This document shows positions 8,590 to 19,439 of a stretch of DNA of 64,000 bases, in pieces. This DNA is from Patescibacteria group bacterium. GTDB lineage: Bacteria; Patescibacteriota; Patescibacteriia; Magasanikbacterales; GWA2-37-8. Both the position numbers and the translations under genes were made by a program. The stretch spans positions 1,326-65,325 of the forward strand of contig JBAZKA010000005.1 of assembly GCA_041651015.1 (NCBI GenBank), given 5' to 3'. Each line of letters starts with the position of its first letter. Positions within the stretch are counted from its first letter, which is position 1. The notes below the pieces were generated by a model. That model worked only from the letters and a program-made list of their open reading frames with translations, was not told the DNA's origin and made no database searches.

Positions 8590-10413
8590 CTACACCTCTA
8601 TAACTACGGGGAGGACCATTGGTCTCTTCTCTGTTTTGGTAAACAGAAATTGCCCGACATAATCGCGGATTTTGTTTTTGATTTCATTGGTATCGGCCCA
8701 GGAAAGCGGGTCCGAATCGTGAATGATTTTTTTCACGCGATGGCGCAAGTCTTCAATCAATTCTTTGTTTTCTTTGAGAAAGACAAAACCACGTGAGATA
8801 ATATCCGGATTTTGGATCAATTGTCCGGTCTTGGAATCAACCGTGGCGATCACCACAATCATGCCATCCTCGGACAATACTTGGCGATCGCGAAGCACGA
8901 CATTAGTTTCGTCAGACACGCCCAGGCCGTCCACGAACACATAATCAGCTGGAATTTTCTCTTTGCTCAAGGTGCCCTTGCCTCGGGAAAATTCCATCAC
9001 CTGTCCGTTGTCGGCAATAAAAATATTTTCTTTCGGCACGCCGACTGATTCGGCCACGCGGGCGTTGTAGTGCAAGAGGAAGTGGTTGCCTTCAATCGGC
9101 ACAAAATATTTGGGATTGAGCAAACGTATCATCAACTTCACATCATCAGCTTTGGCGTGACCGCCGGCGTGCACGTCCATCATTTGATAATGAATGACCT
9201 CGGCGCCTTTGCGGAACAAAGTATCTTTGAGGCGCTGGACCGTGCGCTCATTGCCCGGGATGACCGAGGACGAAAACACCACCGTGTCGCCAGGCACGAG
9301 CCTGACCGAACGATGTTCGCCGTTGGCAATGCGCATGAGCGAAGCGTTTTTCTCGCCTTGAGCGCCGGTGCAGATTACCACCACTTTATTATTTGGAAAA
9401 TCGTTAATGCGTTTCATGTCCACAATAGTCTTTGGGTTGAATTTCATGTAGCCGAGTTCTTTGGCGATTTCAATATTGCTTTTCATGGAAAAGCCGTCAA
9501 TCGCCACCACCTTGCCGTTTTTTTCGCAAATCTCAATTATTTGTTTGATGCGGGAGAGCAAGGAAGCGAATGTGCCGATGATGAGGCGCCCCGGGGCTTT
9601 AGTGACAATGTCCACCAGATTGGTGGAAATTTCTGATTCGGAAAGCTGATGTCCCGGTTGAGAAGCATTTGTGGAATCGGACATGAGCGCGAGCACGCCT
9701 TGAGAACCGATTTGCGCGATGCGTTGTAAATCAGCGGGCGCTTCGCCGGCCGGCTGGTAATCAAATTTCCAGTCGCCTGAATGGATAATCGTTCCTTCCG
9801 GCGTATGAACGACAATACCCATAGTGTCCGGGATGTTATGGTTCAAATGGAAAAATTCCAATTCAAACGAACCGAGGCGGAGTTTGTCGTTTAAAGCCAC
9901 ATTGTGAATGTTGAGTGGCCGGACATTTTTAAAATCCTCCTGGCGTTTTTTGATAATTGCATTGGTGAGGGGCAATCCGTAAATCGGCGGATAGCCGATA
10001 AGTGGAATGAGGTGGGGGATGCCGCCGATATGGTCGTAGTGCGCGTGCGTGATAATCACGCCGCGGATATTTTTTTCTTTGCCTTTCAGATAATTCATGT
10101 TCGGGATGATGTAATCAATACCGGGCATGTCTTCTTCGGGGAATTGCAAACCCATATCAATGAGAATGATGTCGTTCTCATATTCAATCATGGTGCAGTT
10201 GCGTCCGACTTCCTCCAGACCACCAATAACGGCCACGCGGAGTTTGGATTCCAAATTGCGGAAACGCGAAAACGACGGCCGATTATTTTGCGGCGCGTTT
10301 TGGCGCGTATCGCGCCGGCGAAATTCTTGAGCGCCCTTGGGGCGCGTCTCATAAGTCCGGCGCGGGCGATGAGCCTCGCCTGACGGCTTATTGGGTGAAT
10401 AACGTGAGTTCAT
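8590..10413 (-). CDS. rnj: Ribonuclease J (metallo-beta-lactamase/beta-CASP) with Arg-rich N-terminal extension
   Basis: ITHAHYDHIGGIP zinc motif, beta-CASP and C-terminal domain. Carries an about 55-aa basic N-terminal tail. Confidence 0.9.
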   Translation of the reverse strand: MNSRYSPNKPSGEAHRPRRTYETRPKGAQEFRRRDTRQNAPQNNRPSFSRFRNLESKLRVAVIGGLEEVGRNCTMIEYENDIILIDMGLQFPEEDMPGIDYIIPNMNYLKGKEKNIRGVIITHAHYDHIGGIPHLIPLIGYPPIYGLPLTNAIIKKRQEDFKNVRPLNIHNVALNDKLRLGSFELEFFHLNHNIPDTMGIVVHTPEGTIIHSGDWKFDYQPAGEAPADLQRIAQIGSQGVLALMSDSTNASQPGHQLSESEISTNLVDIVTKAPGRLIIGTFASLLSRIKQIIEICEKNGKVVAIDGFSMKSNIEIAKELGYMKFNPKTIVDMKRINDFPNNKVVVICTGAQGEKNASLMRIANGEHRSVRLVPGDTVVFSSSVIPGNERTVQRLKDTLFRKGAEVIHYQMMDVHAGGHAKADDVKLMIRLLNPKYFVPIEGNHFLLHYNARVAESVGVPKENIFIADNGQVMEFSRGKGTLSKEKIPADYVFVDGLGVSDETNVVLRDRQVLSEDGMIVVIATVDSKTGQLIQNPDIISRGFVFLKENKELIEDLRHRVKKIIHDSDPLSWADTNEIKNKIRDYVGQFLFTKTEKRPMVLPVVIEV

Positions 10414-10573
10414 AAATATAAGTTGTCATGCTGAACTTGTTTCAGCATCTTTTGTCAGATCCTGAAACGAGTTCAGGATGACAGAATAATAAAATTAAAT
10501 GAATAAAACATAAGAAGAAGTATAATTCCGATTCGACTCGCGGAATTAAATAATTTTTGTTAGATCAGTGTCG

Positions 10574-10655
10574 TGCGGACGGAGGGACTCGAACCCTCAA
10601 GGATTGCTCCATACGCTTCTGAGACGTACGCGTATACCAGTTCCGCCACGTCCGC
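10574..10655 (-). tRNA. tRNA-Leu (anticodon CAG)
   Basis: rc = GCGGACGTGGCGGAACTGGTATACGCGTACGTCTCAGAAGCGTATGGAGCAATCCTTGAGGGTTCGAGTCCCTCCGTCCGCA. Acceptor 7 bp, anticodon loop CTCAGAA, long variable arm, T-loop TTCGAGT. No encoded CCA. Confidence 0.8.
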
Positions 10656-10834
10656 GATTTAGTTTATAAAGTTGAAAGTTTGAAAGTTATAAAGTTTGCC
10701 GTTGATACGGCTTGGGTGCGGGAAGTAAATAATCAAGTAATTATAGCATAAAATAGGTGCCTTGTCAATAGCTGGGGAGATTTTTTTGCTGTGGCGGGGC
10801 GTTGCGACTTTATAACTTTATGAACTTTTTAACT

Positions 10835-12784
10835 TTAAAAACTCTTACCCAGCCACCAGCTGGTTTTAGTGTACCAAGAATTTATGTTGTTAAAGCGGTC
10901 GGCTGGAGAATAAATTCTTCCAACGTCAACACCTTGAACTTTTTTGTCTATTAGATATTCATACGTCGGAGAATACAGAAATATCGCCGGAATATCCTTG
11001 GCCAAAATGTCTTGGAATTTTTTGTAATAATCGGCGCGCGCCTCGGTGCTTGAGGCCACGCGGGCGTTTTCAATTAACGCATCAGCGTCTTTGTCCGAAA
11101 ACATCGCCAAGTTTAAGCCAGGGTATTCGGTTTGCGAAGAGTGCCAGAACGGAAATAAATCCGGGTCATCGCCCAAGATTTCGCTGAAGAGTAAAACATC
11201 ATAGGCGCGGCCTTTGAGCGCTTCACGGCTGATTTGTGAACTCGGGATGATAACGACATTGGTTTGTACGCCGACAGCGCGCCAGGCCAAAGCAATGGCT
11301 TCGGCCGCGGTTTCATATTCGGCCGTATCCACGGTCGTCAAATTGACGGAAAGAATTTCATTTTTGGAATTTTTGCGGTAGTAGGTTTGGTCCGGACGCA
11401 TACCGGAGCGCACCAAGTCCTCAGCCTGCTTTTGCAAATCGGCGAGCAAAGTGGTGGAGTTGGTGGCAAAATCCGGTTGAGTTTTCACGTCTGTTTCTTT
11501 TTCTTTTATCATGGCGTCGCGTTTCAAGGCGAAATATTCTTCGGGTGTGAGCCGAGTCCAATTTTTATCTAAAAGGGCGGCTGCCTCGTCAACATTGTAA
11601 GCAATTTTGGCGATATCAGGATGATAGCCAATAAAGTTGGACGGAATGGGAGCGTCTATTACTTCGCCCAGATCGCCCAAAGCCGCGTTCATTATGGTTT
11701 CTTTGTCTATAGCTTTGGCTAGAGCCGTGCGCACCTCCAAATTTTTGAGTGACGCCTTCGCACTTTGGTTAAAAAATATGGCGGTGTATTGGGGCAGGTG
11801 CAATTCGTAACTGTTAAAATTTTTACCGCCGTATGCCTCACTCAGATTGCGTGGTAAAAATGCCAAACCCATAACAACACGGCTTTTAAGTTCATCGGCC
11901 GCCGAAGCCTGGTCGTTATAAAATTTGAAAGAAAGTTTTTTCAAATATGTTTGTTCGCCAAAATAACGAGTGTTGCGTTCCAAAGTATATGTCTCCACAC
12001 CCTCTTCGTTTTTGGTCATTTTGGAAAATTTCCACGGGCCGGAAGTGACTGCCGGCTGTAAATTTTCTTTGGCCAAACGCAAATTGGCGGCCGTGGTCAT
12101 ACTAAATACATGTTCGGGCAAAATACCAACCGAGAGATTGGAGGTGAATGGCGCGAAAGCGTCTTTCAGAGTAAAAGTAATTTCATAGTCGTTGGTTTTT
12201 TCCACAATGACGCCGTTGAAAGCGGTGAAGAGGGGGCTGTTGGTTTCCGGATTTTGGATATATTCAAAAGTGAAGGCCACGTCATCGGCATTAATTTTTT
12301 CGCCGTCAGTCCAATACGCATCTTCGCGTAATTTGACGGTATAAATTTTACCGTCTTCGCTCACGGTATAGCCGGCGGCCAATTCGGGAATTAATTTTTG
12401 GTTCGCGCCGATTTTGAAAAGCCGGGCGTAAAGCAGGGGAGTGATATCCGCGTCAACATCATTGGCTGCGGCGAAAATCGGATTGATAAGTTTGGGTTGC
12501 CCGATCAAAGCCTCGCTGTATTCACCACCGATTTTCGGCGTTGACGATAAATGTTTGGGAACGAAAACAATTCCCCAGACAATCGAGGTCGCGGCGATGA
12601 CGAGGGCGCAAGCGAGAATGGCTATTTTTTCACCCCGGCCGAGAAATCTGCCAAGATAAGATAATTGCCGAAGAGATGGCCAAAAACGCCGGCGCAAGCT
12701 TTTGACCAGTTTTTTATCAAAATCACGAACCAGCGGCCTTGGCTCTTGCCGCAAAATCGGTCGGAAAAATTTTTTCCAATCCAT
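10835..12784 (-). CDS. ABC transporter substrate-binding protein, family 5 (OppA/DppA-like), membrane anchored
   Basis: N-terminal TM. SBP_bac_5 architecture (...DVDADITPLLYARLF..., ...GPWKFSKM...). Confidence 0.8.
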   Translation of the reverse strand: MDWKKFFRPILRQEPRPLVRDFDKKLVKSLRRRFWPSLRQLSYLGRFLGRGEKIAILACALVIAATSIVWGIVFVPKHLSSTPKIGGEYSEALIGQPKLINPIFAAANDVDADITPLLYARLFKIGANQKLIPELAAGYTVSEDGKIYTVKLREDAYWTDGEKINADDVAFTFEYIQNPETNSPLFTAFNGVIVEKTNDYEITFTLKDAFAPFTSNLSVGILPEHVFSMTTAANLRLAKENLQPAVTSGPWKFSKMTKNEEGVETYTLERNTRYFGEQTYLKKLSFKFYNDQASAADELKSRVVMGLAFLPRNLSEAYGGKNFNSYELHLPQYTAIFFNQSAKASLKNLEVRTALAKAIDKETIMNAALGDLGEVIDAPIPSNFIGYHPDIAKIAYNVDEAAALLDKNWTRLTPEEYFALKRDAMIKEKETDVKTQPDFATNSTTLLADLQKQAEDLVRSGMRPDQTYYRKNSKNEILSVNLTTVDTAEYETAAEAIALAWRAVGVQTNVVIIPSSQISREALKGRAYDVLLFSEILGDDPDLFPFWHSSQTEYPGLNLAMFSDKDADALIENARVASSTEARADYYKKFQDILAKDIPAIFLYSPTYEYLIDKKVQGVDVGRIYSPADRFNNINSWYTKTSWWLGKSF

Positions 12785-12802
12785 GGAATGATTTTATTAA
12801 TC

Positions 12803-13024
12803 TTAGAAGAACAAACGCGCCAACGTAAAGCCAAAAAACAGAACGCCCAGCACGATTGTGGCGTAAAAAAGAATTTTATCCAAGCCGCGTTTGGTGCTGT
12901 AAACATTGGAACTGCCGCCAAACACACCGCCCACGCCACCGCCTTTTTGTTGGAGCAAGACCACGATGATAATAAGTACGGACAGGACAATTTGTATGAT
13001 GTTGAACAGGGTGTTCATAACCAA
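12803..13024 (-). CDS. secG: Preprotein translocase subunit SecG
   Basis: LLQQKGGGVGGVFGGSS motif between two TM helices. Confidence 0.85.
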   Translation of the reverse strand: MVMNTLFNIIQIVLSVLIIIVVLLQQKGGGVGGVFGGSSNVYSTKRGLDKILFYATIVLGVLFFGFTLARLFF

Positions 13025-13219
13025 AATAGATAAATAAAGTATGAAAAAAGTATATCATTATTTATGTTTAGTGTCAATGGAGACGAATGGTGAAGAATGA
13101 CAAATATCCAATATCCAATGTCAAATGAATGACAAAGTTCAAATGACAAAATGCCGTAAATTTGACATTTGATATTAATAATTGTGGATATTATTTCGTA
13201 AATATGATAAAATATTTAT

Positions 13220-14002
13220 ATGGCATTTTATCTTCCCAAGGCAAAGCATTGGTATTCCACTTGGTGGGGTGTGACGATTTTGGCCATGTCAGTCCTCATC
13301 GCCGCGGCGCTTATTGCGTTTGGTCTTTTGATTTTTAATTATTGGCATGCGGTCAAGTCCGGACAGGGCGAAGCTTTGCAAAATAATTTCTACGGGCAAA
13401 TTCAGACAACCGAGGATCCGGCGATAATGGCTTTGCGCAAAACTTTGGAAACAACCGATGACCCGTCCGTGGGCAATGCCGCTGCTCCGATTGTGATTGT
13501 GGAATTTGTGGATTTGAAATGCCCGTATTGCAAACAAGAAGACTCGGTGTTGCAACAAATTATTTCCAAATATGGTTATAATGTAAAAATTATTACGCGC
13601 GATTTTCCGATGGAATCGGTACACGAAGGTACGACGCAATTCGCGGCCATTGCTTCTTGCGCCAATGAGCAGGGCGGGTATTCTTTGGTGGCGAATTTCT
13701 TTTACTCCAATCAAGATATTTTGCCGACCGAATTATCATCTGATGAAATCGGCAACATGTCGGACAGTTTTGGATTGGACAGGACAAAAATGCTTGAATG
13801 TGTAAATTCCGGCCGTGGCAAGACCGAGGCTATGCAAGATTATTCTGATTTGGTCAAAAGCGCGAAGAGCTCGGCCATTGCCGGCACCCCGATATTTTTT
13901 GTAAACGGCGTGATGTTCGCGGATGCTAACGGCACAAACAAGGGATATATTCCACTGGCCACATGGGAACAGTTATTTCAAAAAATCGGACTGACTAAAT
14001 AA
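13220..14002 (+). CDS. DsbA-like thiol:disulfide oxidoreductase (thioredoxin fold), membrane anchored
   Basis: N-terminal TM. CPYC active site (FVDLKCPYCKQ). Confidence 0.7.
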   Translation: MAFYLPKAKHWYSTWWGVTILAMSVLIAAALIAFGLLIFNYWHAVKSGQGEALQNNFYGQIQTTEDPAIMALRKTLETTDDPSVGNAAAPIVIVEFVDLKCPYCKQEDSVLQQIISKYGYNVKIITRDFPMESVHEGTTQFAAIASCANEQGGYSLVANFFYSNQDILPTELSSDEIGNMSDSFGLDRTKMLECVNSGRGKTEAMQDYSDLVKSAKSSAIAGTPIFFVNGVMFADANGTNKGYIPLATWEQLFQKIGLTK

Positions 14003-14004
14003 TT

Positions 14005-15471
14005 ATGCGCAAAATAAATTTCGGAAAAATTTTATCAGCCATCACACTTAGTATTTTATTTTTATTGCCGAATACGGTTTTGGCCGCGGAAATTAAAACG
14101 GAATTTAATCCCATGTGCTGGACCGAGCAGGAATGCAAAGACAAGAGAACAGAGTTGTGGGGCGCCGAGCGCGCGAATGGCGGTTGGTTGGAAAAAGAAG
14201 GCAAGGAATGTAATAAAATCGGTTGGGGTAAATGTTTGGCCGGCAATGTCACTGAGACGCAAATTTCATTCGGCGGGACGAAATCTTTTTCCAACCTCGG
14301 CGAATATATAAAAACGATTTATAATTATGGTTTAGTGGTAATTGGAATTTTGGCCGTGATAATGATAGTGATGGCCGGCGCTCAATGGATAACTTCGGCC
14401 GGCAGTTCCGAGCGCATCACCCAATCCAAGAAAAGAATCTCAGGCGCGATTATCGGACTTTTTATCGCCTACATGTCATATATTATTTTGAAAAGCATCA
14501 ATCCCGCGACCGTCAATTTGCGTTTGCCGCAAGTTTATCTCATCAAATCACAAGTGTTGCCGTCCAAATGGTGCAAGGATGTGCCAAAAAACGGTGGCCA
14601 GGACACGAAGTTTGCTTTAGCTGCTGATAAGAATAATCAAAAGAGCAAAGTTGAGGCCACGGGTAGCGAATCGCCTTGGCTTGTTTACTCCAACGATAAT
14701 CCGTATTCAGTGGATTTTTGGTGCGGCAAAAGATATTTCGTCAGTGGCGCAGATGCGGATACAACTTGTTTGGGGGATAGGTGCGATTTTGGGTATGTCT
14801 GTTCTAATTTTGAACCGCCTGACTCAAATAATCCTTACCATTGCATCGTGGGAACGATCACCGGGGAGGTAAAAAATTTAAACAGCGGGACATTTGAAGG
14901 CCTTGTGTCGGATAATTGGGAAGATGTTGATGGAGAAGAATTGTATCTTGTTTGTCTTGGCACGGGTGAGTCGGTGGAAGTTGACGCTGAAACCAGTGAG
15001 TCGGGCGTGATAAGCAACAAACAACAATATACAATCTCGGCCTCAGCCGAAGATTTGAAAGACGCGGTTGCAGAATGTGGTGGTGAGACAAAGGTCAGGG
15101 GCGGATTTATGAAGTTGGATTTTACACCCAGCGTGTCGGGAAATATTCTCTCCGAAGAGAGTCATTTGATTGGAAAAGACGGGAAAGATATTGCCGGCGG
15201 TTTACTGGTTGATGCCGTGGTGGATTATCCCGCCATCATCAAAACTGAGGCATTGATACCGTACGCGTTAATGAAGGCCGGAACCACGGTTGATGTTGAT
15301 GCCAAAAGTATAAAGATGTGGGAAAAGATGACGGAATCATTTTTGCAAACGTGGAGCGTAATTTTCACTGATGATACGGTTATTTCCGCGATGAAAGACA
15401 AATTAAAAGATGTATTTGGTTATTATAAGGATTACATCGTAGTTCAATATTCTGATAAAGTCTCAAAATAA
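14005..15471 (+). CDS. Secreted Cys-rich protein with internal VirB2/TrbC pilin-like two-helix hydrophobic module
   Basis: Signal peptide. The segment IKTIYNYGLVVIGILAVIMIVMAGAQWITSAGSSERITQSKKRISGAIIGLFIAYMSYIIL resembles the T4SS pilin hairpin. Cys-rich flanks. Confidence 0.5.
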   Translation: MRKINFGKILSAITLSILFLLPNTVLAAEIKTEFNPMCWTEQECKDKRTELWGAERANGGWLEKEGKECNKIGWGKCLAGNVTETQISFGGTKSFSNLGEYIKTIYNYGLVVIGILAVIMIVMAGAQWITSAGSSERITQSKKRISGAIIGLFIAYMSYIILKSINPATVNLRLPQVYLIKSQVLPSKWCKDVPKNGGQDTKFALAADKNNQKSKVEATGSESPWLVYSNDNPYSVDFWCGKRYFVSGADADTTCLGDRCDFGYVCSNFEPPDSNNPYHCIVGTITGEVKNLNSGTFEGLVSDNWEDVDGEELYLVCLGTGESVEVDAETSESGVISNKQQYTISASAEDLKDAVAECGGETKVRGGFMKLDFTPSVSGNILSEESHLIGKDGKDIAGGLLVDAVVDYPAIIKTEALIPYALMKAGTTVDVDAKSIKMWEKMTESFLQTWSVIFTDDTVISAMKDKLKDVFGYYKDYIVVQYSDKVSK

Positions 15472-15606
15472 TACCTGTTTTGAATCAATACCGTGTAAGT
15501 TATACCACTGTCCTTGACACCCCCTTGAAAACATGTTAAGATTGGACATCAAAAAATTTCACCCAAAACGTTTGATTTTCGGTGAAAAATGTCTTCTTAA
15601 CAAAAT

Positions 15607-18435
15607 ATGCCGGACAAAAATAACGCCAAAGATAAAATTATTATCAAAGGCGCCAGAGTGCACAACCTCAAAAACATCAACATTGAAATTCCGAAAAATA
15701 AATTTGTCGTCATCACCGGCTTGTCCGGTTCGGGCAAATCTTCGCTCGCTTTTGACACCATTTACGCCGAAGGCCAGCGCCGTTACGCCGAATCATTATC
15801 TTCTTTTGCGCGCCAATTCATGGAAGTGCGCGACAAACCCGATGTGGATTCCATTGAAGGGTTGTCGCCGACTATTGCCATTGACCAGCGCGTTTCCACG
15901 CAAAATCCTCGTTCCACCGTTGGTACGGTGACCGAGATTTATGATTATTTGCGTTTGCTTTTTGCCCGCGCCGGCGATCAATTTTGTCCGGACTGCGGGG
16001 TAAAAGTAAATGTTTTTACAGCCGGAGGAATCGCGGAAAAAGTCCGCAACCTCGCTCGCAAGGGCGAAGTTTTTATTTTATCGCCCTTGGCGCGAGACGA
16101 ATTTGTGGATGCCAAAATGTTGATTGAAAAAATTGAACAGTCGGGTATGGACACGGTTTGGATTGATGGCGAAGTTTTGAAAATCAATGACATTGCCGAT
16201 TTTGATTTTGAACCCAAGACCAAATACCGCGTCGGTCTGGTGGTGGATAAAATTGAAGATATTAGAAAACAAGACCCGATGAAACCGGTGGAGATTGCTC
16301 TGGATTTATCCAACGGCCTGGTGGAAATTGTCTACAACGGAAAAATTGAAACTTATTCCACTTTTGGACTTTGTCCGTCTTGCGGCAAGATGACGCCGGA
16401 ACCGGATATCAGAAATTTTTCGTTTAACAGCCCGATCGGCGCCTGCCCGCGTTGTACCGGCCTCGGCATTACCATGGAAGTGGACCCGGATTTGGTCGTG
16501 CCCAATCCGCGCCTGACTTTGGCCGAGGGTGCCATTCAGCCATGGACCCGCATTACCGGCAATCAGGCTTGGTATCAAAAAATGCTTTCCGCCGTGGCTG
16601 ACAGGCATAATTTTTCTTTGGATATTGCCATTGGCGATTTGCCCAAGACTGCCTTGGAAATAATTTTAAAAGGTACTGGCAACGAGCCGTATGAAGTGGA
16701 AAATAAAAAAGTTAATTTTCCGGGTGTGATGGAAGATCTGCGCGCGCGCCATTTGGCCACTGATTCCGAATATGTGCGCAAGGAAATTGAACAATACATG
16801 CGCGAACAATTGTGCAGTGTCTGCCATGGTAAACGCTTGAAAACAGAATCGCTCGCGGTCAAAGTCAATGGCTTAAATATCGCCGAAGTGGCGGGTTTGA
16901 ATATTGATGAAGGCTTGGCATTTTTCAAGTCAATCAATACCGGCAATGGGAAAAAAGATAAGACTGACGGCCGGTCTATGGTGGTCGCGCCGGTGGTTAA
17001 AGAAATTATTATTAGATTGGAAAATTTATCCCGAGTTGGTTTGGGTTATTTGAGCATTGACCGGGCCATGAACACGCTCTCCGGCGGTGAGGTGACGCGC
17101 GTGCGTTTGTCCACTCAGCTCTCGTCCGGCCTGACCGGCGTGGTATATATCCTGGATGAGCCGTCGGTTGGTTTGCATCCCCGCGATATCAAAAAATTGG
17201 TAGACACTCTGAAGTATTTGCGCGATCTCGGCAACAGTGTGATTGTGGTAGAGCATGATGCTTCCATTATGAACGCGGCCGACTATATCATTGATGTTGG
17301 TCCGGGCGCCGGTCTTTATGGTGGAGAAATTTTGGCCAAAGGCACACTCGCGGAAATTAAAAAATCCAAAAAATCATTGACTGGAGATTATTTGTCCGGC
17401 CGGGTAAAAATAAAAAGAGTTTTACCGCGCCAAAAAGCCGACAAAGTGACAAAAAAAATTCGCGTGGTCGGCGCCAAGGCGTTTAATTTGAAAAATGTCA
17501 CCGTGGATTTTCCTTTGGAAAAATTGGTTTGCGTCACCGGCGTGTCCGGATCGGGCAAATCAACTCTAGTGGTGGAAATTTTGTCCAAAGCCTTGTCCAA
17601 ACATTTTTATCGGGCCAAAGACGAACCGGGCGCGCACAAATCCATTGAAGGCATGGATAATGTGGACAAAGTAATCGCCATTGATCAAACGCCGATTGGA
17701 CGCACTCCGCGTTCCAATCCCGCGACTTACACCGGCGTGTTCACTCTCATTCGCGATTTGTATGCCGCTTTGCCCGAAGCCAAGATGCGCCGTTTTGACG
17801 CCGGTAAATTCAGTTTCAATGTGAAAGGCGGGGGACGCTGTGAGGCCTGCTCGGGCGATGGTTATGTCCGCATTCCCATGCAATTTTTGGCTGATGTGTT
17901 TGTCACCTGCAATGAGTGTAATGGTTCGCGCTATAACCGCGACGCCATGGAAATTCATTATCAGGGTAAAAATATTTCCGATGTTCTGAACATGACCGTG
18001 GAAGAAGCGTTTAAATTTTTTGTCAGCGACCGCCAGATTTCGCAAAAGTTAAATGTCTTGCGCGACGTCGGCCTCGGCTATGTCCGTTTGGGCCAGCCGG
18101 CCACCACGCTTTCGGGCGGTGAAGCGCAACGCATCAAGCTGGCGACCGAACTGGCGCGCGCCTCCACCGGTTCCACTTTGTATATTTTGGATGAGCCGAC
18201 CACGGGTTTGCATTTTGAAGATATCGGCCGCTTGCTCATGGTCTTGGAACAATTAGTCGCCAAGGGCAACACCGTTTTGATTATTGAACACAACATTGAC
18301 GTGATAAAAAATTGTGATTGGATAATTGAGATGGGTCCGGATGGCGGTAAGAACGGCGGTGAACTAATTGCCGAAGGGCCGTTGGAAAAACTCGCGAAAA
18401 ATAAAAAATCTTGGACCGCGAAATATCTTAAATAA
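15607..18435 (+). CDS. uvrA: Excinuclease ABC subunit A
   Basis: Two ABC ATPase modules ([18 protein letters not shown]), zinc fingers [24 protein letters not shown] signatures. Confidence 0.95.
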   Translation: MPDKNNAKDKIIIKGARVHNLKNINIEIPKNKFVVITGLSGSGKSSLAFDTIYAEGQRRYAESLSSFARQFMEVRDKPDVDSIEGLSPTIAIDQRVSTQNPRSTVGTVTEIYDYLRLLFARAGDQFCPDCGVKVNVFTAGGIAEKVRNLARKGEVFILSPLARDEFVDAKMLIEKIEQSGMDTVWIDGEVLKINDIADFDFEPKTKYRVGLVVDKIEDIRKQDPMKPVEIALDLSNGLVEIVYNGKIETYSTFGLCPSCGKMTPEPDIRNFSFNSPIGACPRCTGLGITMEVDPDLVVPNPRLTLAEGAIQPWTRITGNQAWYQKMLSAVADRHNFSLDIAIGDLPKTALEIILKGTGNEPYEVENKKVNFPGVMEDLRARHLATDSEYVRKEIEQYMREQLCSVCHGKRLKTESLAVKVNGLNIAEVAGLNIDEGLAFFKSINTGNGKKDKTDGRSMVVAPVVKEIIIRLENLSRVGLGYLSIDRAMNTLSGGEVTRVRLSTQLSSGLTGVVYILDEPSVGLHPRDIKKLVDTLKYLRDLGNSVIVVEHDASIMNAADYIIDVGPGAGLYGGEILAKGTLAEIKKSKKSLTGDYLSGRVKIKRVLPRQKADKVTKKIRVVGAKAFNLKNVTVDFPLEKLVCVTGVSGSGKSTLVVEILSKALSKHFYRAKDEPGAHKSIEGMDNVDKVIAIDQTPIGRTPRSNPATYTGVFTLIRDLYAALPEAKMRRFDAGKFSFNVKGGGRCEACSGDGYVRIPMQFLADVFVTCNECNGSRYNRDAMEIHYQGKNISDVLNMTVEEAFKFFVSDRQISQKLNVLRDVGLGYVRLGQPATTLSGGEAQRIKLATELARASTGSTLYILDEPTTGLHFEDIGRLLMVLEQLVAKGNTVLIIEHNIDVIKNCDWIIEMGPDGGKNGGELIAEGPLEKLAKNKKSWTAKYLK

Positions 18436-18444
18436 TAAAAATAA

Positions 18445-18473
18445 AAAAGCTCCGATTTACATCGGAGCTTTTT
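18445..18473. terminator. Bidirectional terminator between uvrA and rplS
   Basis: aaaaagctccgatttacatcggagcttttt. Confidence 0.7.
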
Positions 18474-18475
18474 AG

Positions 18476-18805
18476 TTATTTCTTTTTTTCTGTCATCTTG
18501 CGTTTGAACTTTGGGTCGCGCAAGAAGTGCAATTTGGCTCGGCGAGTTTCAAACTCGCGGACGATTTCAATCTGAGCCACAACCGGCGATTTGATGGGAA
18601 AGATTTTTTCCACACCCACGCCGTCCGAGATTTTGCGCACCGTGATGGTGGCGCCTTCTTCGGCGCCGTGCTTCACGGCGATAATCGTGCCTTCATAAAT
18701 CTGAATACGCTCTTTTTCTTCGCCTTTGGTGTTAAGTTCTTTGACTTTTTGGTGAACTTTCACGACCATACCGGGCTTGTACACAACAGCTTTTTCTTCG
18801 GTCAT
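18476..18805 (-). CDS. rplS: 50S ribosomal protein L19
   Basis: Full-length L19 signature ([12 protein letters not shown]...[11 protein letters not shown]...[19 protein letters not shown]). Confidence 0.9.
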   Translation of the reverse strand: MTEEKAVVYKPGMVVKVHQKVKELNTKGEEKERIQIYEGTIIAVKHGAEEGATITVRKISDGVGVEKIFPIKSPVVAQIEIVREFETRRAKLHFLRDPKFKRKMTEKKK

Positions 18806-18857
18806 ATTTTTATAAAAGAATATAGAATAAGGGATAAGTGCCGATATATTAGCCTAT

Positions 18858-19436
18858 TTATTGATTTGTGTCAAGACCGAGGCGCTCGTTGATAATTTCC
18901 TCGGCTTTTTCAATTGTTTCCGCCAGTTTATCCTGATAATTCACGATTTTATAATCATAAATTTTTGACTCGGCCACTTCACTAATTGCCGTCTCCAACC
19001 GCTGTTTGATTTTTTCCGGTGTGAGCCCGCCACGAGTTTCAATGCGTATTTTTAACACTTCTTCACTTTCCGGCATCAAAAAAATGGATAAATTGTTCCA
19101 GCCGGCCGCGTCAAGGTTTTTTTTACCGTTGACCTCAATATTGGAAAAAACGATATTATGCTTATCCAGTAAATCGGTGAGTCGCTGTCTTTCTGTGCCA
19201 TAGTAATTTTCCGCGTAAAAGTTATACTCAATCATTTTTCCGTCACGGAGCATTTTTTCAAACTCGTCGCGCGTCACGAAATTGTAATCAACGCCATTTT
19301 GTTCTCCCGGGCGCGGTGGGCGGGTAGTCGTGGTCATTAATTTGACGGCATCGGGCAATTTGTGGATTAATCCGCGGATGACCGCGTCTTTGCCGCCGCC
19401 GGAAGGGGATGAAATGATTATGAGATGTCCTGACAT
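18858..19436 (-). CDS. gmk: Guanylate kinase
   Basis: P-loop SSPSGGGKD, TTTRPPRPGEQNGVDYNFV. Confidence 0.9.
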   Translation of the reverse strand: MSGHLIIISSPSGGGKDAVIRGLIHKLPDAVKLMTTTTRPPRPGEQNGVDYNFVTRDEFEKMLRDGKMIEYNFYAENYYGTERQRLTDLLDKHNIVFSNIEVNGKKNLDAAGWNNLSIFLMPESEEVLKIRIETRGGLTPEKIKQRLETAISEVAESKIYDYKIVNYQDKLAETIEKAEEIINERLGLDTNQ

Positions 19437-19439
19437 ATT

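Noticed and set aside
10420-10500. Possible mobile element at the paired hairpins tgtcatgctgaacttgtttcagcat / gatcctgaaacgagttcaggatgaca
   Set aside because: They are better explained as tandem stem-loops 3' of tRNA-Leu and 5' of rnj (terminator or processing signals). No second copy was found.
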